Assembly (NCBI GenBank): GCA_020724865.1
Contig: DYGA01000002.1
Coordinates: 98,657-162,656 of the forward strand
Direction: 5' to 3'
Source: Candidatus Paceibacter sp.
Lineage (GTDB): Bacteria; Patescibacteriota; Patescibacteriia; S139-126
DNA: 64,000 nucleotides
Shown here piece by piece: positions 38,421 to 46,497 of the stretch. The first letter of the stretch is position 1. Each line of letters begins with the position of its first letter. Both the position numbers and the translations under genes were made by a program. The notes under the pieces were generated by a model that saw only the letters and a list, made by a program, of their open reading frames with translations, had not been told where the DNA came from and ran no database searches.

Positions 38421-38449
38421 CCCGCTAGAGAGCGGGTTTTATTTTTTTT
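38421..38449 (+). terminator. Rho-independent terminator.
   Basis: CCCGCT-AGAG-AGCGGG followed by TTTTATTTTTTTT. Confidence 0.7.
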
Positions 38450-38543
38450 AAAAAAAATTAATTAGATTTATTAAATTGACTTTAGATTATTTTTTCATTA
38501 TAATTTAACCATTCTATATTATTATTTTATATAAAATTTAAAT

Positions 38544-41500
38544 ATGACTCAGATAAGTTTTCCTGAATTAGAAAGAGAAATATTAGATTTTTGGGAAAGA
38601 GAGAAAATATTTGATAAATCGTTAAAGAAAAATTCACCTCAAGGTGAGTTTGTATTTTATGAGGGTCCGCCGACTGCCAATGGTAAACCAGGTATTCATC
38701 ATGTTTTGGCAAGGGCTTTTAAAGATTTGATTCCCCGTTATAAAACTATGCAGGGTTATCATGTGACCAGAAAAGCTGGTTGGGATACTCACGGATTGCC
38801 AGTGGAATTACAAGTTGAAAAGGAATTGGGTATATCCGGAAAACCTCAGATTGAATCATTACAAAAATCGGTTCCTGAATCTATAGAATATTTTAATACT
38901 AAATGCAAACAGTCAGTTTGGCAATACAAAGAAGAGTGGGAAAAATTAACGCGGCGGATGGGTTTTTGGATTGATATGGATAATCCTTATGTGACTTATG
39001 ATAATAATTATATAGAAACTTTGTGGTGGATTATAAAACAGGTTTATGATAAAAAATTACTGTACCAAGGTTATAAAGTAGTGCCTCATTGTCCGCGTTG
39101 TGGTACTGCCCTTTCCAGTCATGAAGTGGCGCAAGGTTACCGCGAAGTAAAAGACGAATCTGTTTACATAAAATTCAAAGTGAGTAAGGGAAATGATAAG
39201 GTTAAGGAAGGTGATTATATATTGTCTTGGACCACAACTCCCTGGACTTTGCCGGGAAATGTAGCTTTGGCGATTAGTGAAAAAGTGAATTATGCCATTG
39301 TTAGTATAATTGGTGAAGGTTGGCAGAGTAGTGATGTAAAAAATTTAATAAATAACGGCAGGGCACCAATTACCGGAAAGGATAATAAATTATATAGGTA
39401 TATATTAGCGGAGGATTTACTTGACAAAGTTTTAGCAAAAAATGGAAAAGAATATGTTAAGGAGGGTATTATTAAAGGTAGTGAGTTAGTTGGCCTTGAA
39501 TATGAGCCATTATTTCCAGGTGCTATTTTAGAATCTGTAGAAAATTATGAAAATGCCTTTAAGGTTTATCCAGCTGATTTCGTGACTACTGAAGATGGTA
39601 CGGGTGTGGTGCATACAGCGGTGATGTATGGTGAAGATGATTACAATTTAGGTGAAGCGGTGGGACTACCCAAGGTACATACGGTAAATGAAAACGGAAA
39701 TTTTGCATTCAAAATTTTAAATACAAAATTTAAGATTTTACACACTTTACAAGATAAATTTGTTAAGGATAGTGAGACAGAAAAAATTATTATCAATTAT
39801 TTACAAGAGCAAAAATTACTTTTTAGACAAGAATCGTATAAGCATGATTATCCTTTTTGTTGGCGCTGTGACACACCACTTCTTTATTATGCTAAAGATT
39901 CTTGGTTTATTAAAATGTCGGAGTTGCGGGAAAAGTTAAAAGCTAATAATGAGAATATCAATTGGATACCCGGGCATATTAAATTTGGTCGTTTTGGTGA
40001 GTGGTTAGATGGTGTTAAAGATTGGGCGATTTCTCGCGAAAGATATTGGGGAACGCCATTGCCAATTTGGCGTTGTCAGGCGGGAAAAAATAAAAATACT
40101 GATATTAAAATTCAAAAAGATTGTAATAATATAAAAGTAATTGGTTCGTTTGCTGAGTTAGAACAATTGAGCGGACAAAAAATTATTGATGCTCATCGTC
40201 CCATGGTTGATGAAATTAAAATTAAATGTGAGCATTGTGGTGGAGAAATGATACGAGAGACAGCTGTGCTTGACTGTTGGTTTGATTCCGGAGCTATGCC
40301 GTTTGCTCAGATCCATTATCCATTTGAAAATAAAGACTTAATTGATGATAGAAAATGGTATCCGGCAAATTTTATCTGTGAGGCAATTGATCAGACTCGG
40401 GGATGGTTTTATACTTTACTGGCCGTTGCTACTTTACTTGATCAAGGAACTCCTTATCAAAACGTAATCTGTTTAGGGCACATCAATGATAAGTACGGTA
40501 AAAAGATGTCAAAAAGTAAAGGCAATATCGTTGATCCATGGCAAATCATGGATAGCTATGGTGCTGATGCTTTACGTTGGCATTTTTACACTATCAATCA
40601 ACCCGGAGAACCTAAAAATTTTGATCCGCAACAAGTTGAAGATGTTTTGAAAAAAAATTGGTTAATTTTGTGGAACGTATTTAGTTTTTACAATTTGTAT
40701 AAACCAGCGGTTAAAGAGTTCCCCACTGAACCAGCAGAGGATATTTTAGATCAGTGGATTTTAGCTTATCTCAAAGATTTAGTCAGAGTTGTCACCGATT
40801 ATTTGGATAATTATGATATAACTTCCGCTGCTAGATCTATTGCAGATTTTATTAATGATTTATCAACTTGGTACTTAAGACGAAGTCGTGAACGCTTTAA
40901 AGCCGGCGGAACTACCCAAGCGCAAGCAGTTAAAACTTTAGGTTATGTATTGTTGGAGCTTACTAAAATTTTAGCGCCCTTTACTCCTTTTTTAGCTGAA
41001 AAAATTTATCAAGAATTAATAAAAGATTATCCAGACAAAAAAAGTGATTTTGCTCTATCGGTTCATTTATCAGCTTGGCCGGAAAAAAAAGAAAAAACAT
41101 CTGCCGAATTGGCATTATTACAGACCATGAATGAAGTGAGAGAAATAGTTACTCGGGCTTTAGCTTTGCGAGCTGATGCTAAAATAAAAGTTAGACAACC
41201 TTTATCAGAATTACATATTAAACAGAAAGATTTGCCCGAGCAATTTATAGAAATTTTGCGACAAGAGGTAAACGTTATAAAGGTAATTTTAGGTGCAAAT
41301 GAAATTAAATTAAACACCGTCATTGATGATAATTTAGCTAAAGCTGGTTTGGTTAGAGAGTTAATACGGAGTGTAAATAATTTACGTAAACAGGCCGGAC
41401 TTACTATTACTGATAAGATTATATTGTACATTACTACAGCCGATAATTTACAGAATTTAATTACCGAAGAAAAAGAAGTTATTTCTAAAAATACTTTGAG

Positions 41501-41594
41501 CGCCAAAATAATATTTCAGCACAAGGATAATCTATCGTCAAAAGAGATTAATTTTACGGACGAAAAAATTTGGTTGGGTATAGAAAAAATATGA
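38544..41594 (+). CDS. ileS: Isoleucine--tRNA ligase.
   Basis: PPTANGKPGIHHVLARA (HIGH-type), KMSKSKGN, CP1 editing domain, zinc knuckles (CPRC, CEHC), 1016 aa. Confidence 0.95.
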   Translation: MTQISFPELEREILDFWEREKIFDKSLKKNSPQGEFVFYEGPPTANGKPGIHHVLARAFKDLIPRYKTMQGYHVTRKAGWDTHGLPVELQVEKELGISGKPQIESLQKSVPESIEYFNTKCKQSVWQYKEEWEKLTRRMGFWIDMDNPYVTYDNNYIETLWWIIKQVYDKKLLYQGYKVVPHCPRCGTALSSHEVAQGYREVKDESVYIKFKVSKGNDKVKEGDYILSWTTTPWTLPGNVALAISEKVNYAIVSIIGEGWQSSDVKNLINNGRAPITGKDNKLYRYILAEDLLDKVLAKNGKEYVKEGIIKGSELVGLEYEPLFPGAILESVENYENAFKVYPADFVTTEDGTGVVHTAVMYGEDDYNLGEAVGLPKVHTVNENGNFAFKILNTKFKILHTLQDKFVKDSETEKIIINYLQEQKLLFRQESYKHDYPFCWRCDTPLLYYAKDSWFIKMSELREKLKANNENINWIPGHIKFGRFGEWLDGVKDWAISRERYWGTPLPIWRCQAGKNKNTDIKIQKDCNNIKVIGSFAELEQLSGQKIIDAHRPMVDEIKIKCEHCGGEMIRETAVLDCWFDSGAMPFAQIHYPFENKDLIDDRKWYPANFICEAIDQTRGWFYTLLAVATLLDQGTPYQNVICLGHINDKYGKKMSKSKGNIVDPWQIMDSYGADALRWHFYTINQPGEPKNFDPQQVEDVLKKNWLILWNVFSFYNLYKPAVKEFPTEPAEDILDQWILAYLKDLVRVVTDYLDNYDITSAARSIADFINDLSTWYLRRSRERFKAGGTTQAQAVKTLGYVLLELTKILAPFTPFLAEKIYQELIKDYPDKKSDFALSVHLSAWPEKKEKTSAELALLQTMNEVREIVTRALALRADAKIKVRQPLSELHIKQKDLPEQFIEILRQEVNVIKVILGANEIKLNTVIDDNLAKAGLVRELIRSVNNLRKQAGLTITDKIILYITTADNLQNLITEEKEVISKNTLSAKIIFQHKDNLSSKEINFTDEKIWLGIEKI

Positions 41595-42385
41595 CAGTCA
41601 TTTTACAGGCGATTATTTTAGATCACAATCCTAAAGGTGAGAGCGATCTGTTGGTCACCGCTTTTACTCAAGAAAAAGGGAAGATAAATGCTAAGGCTAA
41701 AGGCGCTAGAAAATCAGAAGCAAAATTGCGTGGCATCTTAGAAGTTGGCAATGAGGTAAAATTAATGTTGGCGCCAGGAAAAAATCAAATACACATTGCG
41801 GGTGGGGATATTATAGATAGTCATATCTTAATTCGTCAAAATTTGGAACTGTTATTATTATGGCAAGCAATGCTTGAGGTGGTTAGTTTCGCAACAGTGC
41901 CAGATAATATTGAATATGAGGTGTATGATCTTTTAACAGGTTGGGCTAAATTTTTACAACATAATTTAAAACCTTATTCAGTTCGTAATAAATTAATTGT
42001 TTATTTAGTGATTTGGCAGTTTTTATCCTTGATTGGTTTTAAACCCCAGTTTGATGAATGTGTTCGGAGTGGTCAAAAATTAGTAGCAGAAAATTGTTTT
42101 TTTTCTGTCACTGAAGGTGGGGTTGTTAGTAAAAAATATTTTCAAACTTCGGATTTACCACTATCTTTAAATGTTTGGAAAATATTACGTTATATATTTA
42201 AAGGAAATTTTTGGGCTGCTTTATCTGATATTTATCGTTTTAGAATCACAAAACAAGAAAACTTAGAATTGGCTAACATATTGATTAATTACACTGAAAA
42301 TACTATAGAGAAAAAAATTAATAGTCTTAGTTATTTAGAAAAAATATATACTTATGGAAATAAAGTCATGGCGGGAAATAAGTAA
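41591..42385 (+). CDS. recO: DNA repair protein RecO (start moved to the ATG overlapping the ileS TGA stop).
   Basis: N-terminal OB-fold pattern ILQAIILDHNPKGESDLLVTAFTQEKGKINAKAKGARKS; ATGA coupling at 41591-41594. Confidence 0.8.
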   Translation: MTVILQAIILDHNPKGESDLLVTAFTQEKGKINAKAKGARKSEAKLRGILEVGNEVKLMLAPGKNQIHIAGGDIIDSHILIRQNLELLLLWQAMLEVVSFATVPDNIEYEVYDLLTGWAKFLQHNLKPYSVRNKLIVYLVIWQFLSLIGFKPQFDECVRSGQKLVAENCFFSVTEGGVVSKKYFQTSDLPLSLNVWKILRYIFKGNFWAALSDIYRFRITKQENLELANILINYTENTIEKKINSLSYLEKIYTYGNKVMAGNK

Positions 42386-44318
42386 AAAAAAGTCCCGTCG
42401 ATTATTACGAAGAATTAAACCGCAATCTGACAAAAAGCTTGCTCCGACTACGGAGGTAATTGAAGATATTTATGTAAAAGATAAAATTTTTCCAGCGGAA
42501 AATAAAGCAATGGTCAAAAATGATATAAATATGAATAAAACTAGTCAATATAAAAAAAGTAAATTTCATCCTACGGCAAAAAGACATACAAAAAAAACAG
42601 TCAATAACAGTATTTTTTGGTTAGTTATTGTATTTTTGTTGTTAGCTTCGGCTACATTGTTGTTTAGCGCTTTTCGTTTTGGAGGAGCGCCAAATAATCG
42701 TGATGATATAGAATTGTTATTAACTGGTCCGGATGCGGTTGCTATTGGTCAAGAATCTACTTGGACAATTAGTTATAAAAATACCAGTTCGGTTGATTTT
42801 AAAAAATTAAATATATCAATCCGTTATCCTGATGGTTTAAAACTTAAATCTACTGAACCAGTAGCTGATAATTTACTTAATACCAGTTGGCAGTTAGGAG
42901 AATTGAAAAAAGGCGAAAGCGGAGAAATAAAAATAAACGCCCAGCTTTATGGTGAGGAAAACAGCGCTAAAGAGTTTAAAGTTGATGCAGTTTATCAACC
43001 AGCAAATTTTAGTTCAGATTTTATTAATTCAATTGTTTATGTGGTGAAATTGGGACATTCACAGTTTGCTATAAATTGGGAATTGCCTGAAGCAATTTTA
43101 CCAGAAGTTGAGCAAGATATGGCTTGGCGAATAAGTAATATTAGTGGACAAGAAATGTCCAATATTAAATTACGCTTAATTACAAGTAAAAATTTTACTA
43201 TGACGAACCCCCGTCCTGAAATTGCAGAAATAGTTGATACTGCAGAGGGTAAAGCATACGTTTGGCCAATTAGGAATTATTTTAATAATCAGGAAATAAA
43301 TTTTAATTTTAAAGGTAAATTTTCTGCTGCAGCTGTTGGTTTGGAAAAGTTTAAGTTGGAAATCAGTAGTGGCGAACCGGAAGGTAAAATTTTACAAGAG
43401 TTGGAAAAAAGTATTGTAATTTTAGGTGAAGAATTAGCTGTGCAAATGACCATCAATAACCAATCTACTTTGGTTGAAATTACTCCTGGCCAAAAGTTGA
43501 ATTATGAAGTGATTTTACAAAATACTTCCGGACTTGATCTAGCTGATCTAAAAGTTATATTACAGGTTGACCCAGAGATGGTTGATTGGACTACTTTAAA
43601 AACTGTTGTTGAGCCAACTATTACCAATATTGGTCAAATTGTATTGGATGGAAATAATTATGTAGAATTGCAAAAATTAGAAAAAGGTAAAGAATTGAAA
43701 ATTAATTACGAACTAAATATTAAAAGTAGTATAACTAATTTATCAAACAATTTTAGAACATTTGCTCAGGTAACGGTTGGTCGTGTGGGTGAAAAAGAAA
43801 AAAATGATTTAAGTTTTTCGACGCCGGTTCAGTCTGCACAAATAAAATCTGCTTTAAAAGTTTTTAATTATGCTTGGTATCGAGATGATGAAGGTATTCC
43901 GGTGGGTAGTGGCCCGTTGCCACCACAAGTTGGTAAAAAAACAGTTTTTCCTATTGATCTAACTTTACAAACTAAAAATGACTATAAACAAATTGAAGTT
44001 TCTGCGTATTTACCAGATGATGTAACATGGGAAAACCAACAAACGGTGTCTAAGGGCGTATTAAATTATGATTCGGTAAATCGACTGCTACTTTGGCAAA
44101 TAGATTCTTTAACTGAAGCAGATGGTTTAGTCACAGCTCGTTTTTATGTAGGTTTAATACCGCAAAACAGCGATATTGGTAAAGTTAAAACATTACTCAA
44201 TGCTCAAACCGTAAAATTTATAAGTCAAGAACAAACTAGTCAAATTATATATCCAGCTCTTGATACCAACTTAACTGGAGCAATGTATGATACAAATAAA
44301 GGGCAAGTAGTTGAATAA
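42354..44318 (+). CDS. Large surface protein with basic cytoplasmic N-terminus, one TM and repeated DUF11-like beta-sandwich modules.
   Basis: Basic K/R-rich N-terminus, TM FWLVIVFLLLASATLLF, repeated patterns (TWTISYKNTS..., MAWRISNISG..., LNYEVILQNTSG...). Confidence 0.6.
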   Translation: MEIKSWREISKKKSRRLLRRIKPQSDKKLAPTTEVIEDIYVKDKIFPAENKAMVKNDINMNKTSQYKKSKFHPTAKRHTKKTVNNSIFWLVIVFLLLASATLLFSAFRFGGAPNNRDDIELLLTGPDAVAIGQESTWTISYKNTSSVDFKKLNISIRYPDGLKLKSTEPVADNLLNTSWQLGELKKGESGEIKINAQLYGEENSAKEFKVDAVYQPANFSSDFINSIVYVVKLGHSQFAINWELPEAILPEVEQDMAWRISNISGQEMSNIKLRLITSKNFTMTNPRPEIAEIVDTAEGKAYVWPIRNYFNNQEINFNFKGKFSAAAVGLEKFKLEISSGEPEGKILQELEKSIVILGEELAVQMTINNQSTLVEITPGQKLNYEVILQNTSGLDLADLKVILQVDPEMVDWTTLKTVVEPTITNIGQIVLDGNNYVELQKLEKGKELKINYELNIKSSITNLSNNFRTFAQVTVGRVGEKEKNDLSFSTPVQSAQIKSALKVFNYAWYRDDEGIPVGSGPLPPQVGKKTVFPIDLTLQTKNDYKQIEVSAYLPDDVTWENQQTVSKGVLNYDSVNRLLLWQIDSLTEADGLVTARFYVGLIPQNSDIGKVKTLLNAQTVKFISQEQTSQIIYPALDTNLTGAMYDTNKGQVVE

Positions 44319-44345
44319 AAAAACAACCGTTTATACGGTTGTTGT
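44316..44345. terminator. Bidirectional terminator; its hairpin contains the stop codon of the minus-strand gene 44331..44936.
   Basis: A7-ACAACCGT-TTAT-ACGGTTGT; the T-run is on the minus strand. Confidence 0.6.
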
Positions 44346-44936
44346 TTGACGCCATTGGTGATTTAATAAAGACCAAATCGCCATAATTGTTGCTGGCAAT
44401 ATTAATAGTAGTTCTACAAGATATTGATTATTGTGAGGATAGAGTAGTAAAGCTAAAAAAATTAGAATAAATTTAATTTTACCAATAACGTTACTGGGAG
44501 TAAGTTTTTTTAAATATAGAGCTGCATGCAGAGTATTAACTAGAGCTATAGTGTCAATGATGATGTAACAGACAGTTAAATAAGAAAAATAATTTTCAAA
44601 ATTTAAAAAAAGTATAAGAATTGGTATAGTAAAAACTTTATCAATTGAACGATCCATTATTTTTCCTAAATCCGTCACCATATTTTTTACTCGAGCCAGA
44701 AGGCCATCTAAGTAGTCGGTCAGTCCGGCTATTATAATCAAAAAATTATAAAGTAAAATATCCTGTAATTTTATATAGACATATAATATTAGACCAAGTA
44801 AAATAATACGAGAGCCGCTCAATATATTTGGTGTTAACCAATTAGGAAATTTTTTTAACAAGGGGCCTAAAATTTTTTGAGATAATTTGTCAAATAGCGT
44901 TAAGCCAGTTTGTAAGATAGTAAAGATTTTTTTCAT
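44331..44936 (-). CDS. CDP-alcohol phosphatidyltransferase family protein (PgsA-like).
   Basis: Signature DYLDGLLARVKNMVTDLGKIMDRSID, which is D-x2-DG-x2-AR...G-x3-D-x3-D; multi-TM. Confidence 0.75.
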   Translation of the reverse strand: MKKIFTILQTGLTLFDKLSQKILGPLLKKFPNWLTPNILSGSRIILLGLILYVYIKLQDILLYNFLIIIAGLTDYLDGLLARVKNMVTDLGKIMDRSIDKVFTIPILILFLNFENYFSYLTVCYIIIDTIALVNTLHAALYLKKLTPSNVIGKIKFILIFLALLLYPHNNQYLVELLLILPATIMAIWSLLNHQWRQTTTV

Positions 44937-44962
44937 TTTTTATTTCCTTTTTAATTTACAAG

Positions 44963-46090
44963 ATGTATAAACTTTATAGAAAATCTAAAAAAAGTCAAGC
45001 TAGATTTGGAATATTAACGACTGGACGGGGTAAGATAAAAACACCTTTTTTTATGCCCGTTGCCACTCAAGGAGTAATAAAAACTCTAACCAGTTCTGAT
45101 ATGGAAAAATTAGGCACACAAATTTTGTTGGCTAATACTTATCATTTATTTTTACGGCCAGGTTGGCACATTTTGCAAAAAGTTGGAGGTTTACATAAAT
45201 TTATGAACTGGTCAAAACCGATACTGACTGATTCGGGAGGGTATCAGGTATTTTCTTTAGCCGGAAATAAACAACAAAAAAATAATTTGGTTAAAATTGA
45301 GAGAAATAAAGTAATTTTTAAATCTCATCATGACGGCAGTCAACAAGTTTTAACACCCGTTAAAGCTTTACAAATTCAAAAAATTATTGATAGTGATATA
45401 CAAATGGTGTTGGATGTATGTACTCCCAATCCGGCAACTTATGAACAGGCAAAAAAAGATGTTGTTTTAACTTTAGCCTGGGCTAGGCAAGCAAAAAAAT
45501 GGATTAATAAAAATTATACAAAATCAAATAGTCCTTTGGTATTTGGTATAGTTCAGGGTAGTGTATTTTCTGATTTACGAAAATATTGTGCTCAAGAGTT
45601 AGTAAAATTAGATTTTGCTGGCTATGCTATTGGTGGTTTGGCGGTTGGTGAAACTGTCAAACAAATGTACCAAGTATTAGATGAATTGATGCCTTATTTA
45701 CCTGAAAATAAACCAAGATACTTAATGGGTGTTGGTCGTCCAGAAAATATTATTGCCGCTGTGCAAAGAGGGGTTGATATGTTTGATTGTGTTATTCCTA
45801 CCCGAGAAGCTAGGCACGGTCGTCTATATATTTGGCGGCATACAAATTTAAATAAAAAAGATTTTTATACAACCATCAATATAAGTAATAAAAAATTTAG
45901 TAAAGATTTTTCATTGTTAAATCCCAAGACAAAGCAAAAAGATTTACAATCACTATCTAAAGCATATCTTTACCATTTATATAAAAGTGGGGAGCCGACT
46001 GCTTTAAGATTGGCCACTTTAAATAATTTGGAATTTTATTTACAGTTAATGATTCAGCTTAGAAAACATATTTTTACTTCTCAGATTTGA
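44963..46090 (+). CDS. tgt: tRNA-guanine transglycosylase (TGT) homolog, non-canonical (see findings).
   Basis: FMPVATQGV, LTDSGGYQVFSL, GIVQGSV, GGLAVGE, KPRYLMGVGRPEN, MFDCVIPTREARHG all collinear with bacterial Tgt. Confidence 0.8.
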   Translation: MYKLYRKSKKSQARFGILTTGRGKIKTPFFMPVATQGVIKTLTSSDMEKLGTQILLANTYHLFLRPGWHILQKVGGLHKFMNWSKPILTDSGGYQVFSLAGNKQQKNNLVKIERNKVIFKSHHDGSQQVLTPVKALQIQKIIDSDIQMVLDVCTPNPATYEQAKKDVVLTLAWARQAKKWINKNYTKSNSPLVFGIVQGSVFSDLRKYCAQELVKLDFAGYAIGGLAVGETVKQMYQVLDELMPYLPENKPRYLMGVGRPENIIAAVQRGVDMFDCVIPTREARHGRLYIWRHTNLNKKDFYTTINISNKKFSKDFSLLNPKTKQKDLQSLSKAYLYHLYKSGEPTALRLATLNNLEFYLQLMIQLRKHIFTSQI

Positions 46091-46128
46091 TTTTTTAAAA
46101 ATTAAATAAAATGTTATAATAAAACTGT

Positions 46129-46497
46129 ATGTTGCAGCTTTTTTTTAATACGTTCAAATTATTTACTTGGGATTTGGCCACCAATTTAGGTTATTGGCCG
46201 ATTTGGTGGTATGGACCTGGTTTGGTTGATTTTTTTCATTTTTTTACTAACAACATAAAGTCTGCTTGGCATAGACAAGCACTTGATATTTTATTGAAAA
46301 ATTGGTTTAAACCGATGTATGCCCAGACTGATTGGCAGGGCAGGATATTGTCATTTTTTTTCCGTACCTTAATCATCGCTTGGCGGTTTATGTTTTTTAT
46401 TTTTTGGGCATTTGTGCTTAGTCTAGCGATGATTCTATGGATTATGGTTATTCCCATCGCATTATTTATGTTGATTCGTTTATTACTTTTTACATGA
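46129..46497 (+). CDS. Hypothetical small membrane protein.
   Basis: ORF track; two or three hydrophobic helices. Confidence 0.45.
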   Translation: MLQLFFNTFKLFTWDLATNLGYWPIWWYGPGLVDFFHFFTNNIKSAWHRQALDILLKNWFKPMYAQTDWQGRILSFFFRTLIIAWRFMFFIFWAFVLSLAMILWIMVIPIALFMLIRLLLFT

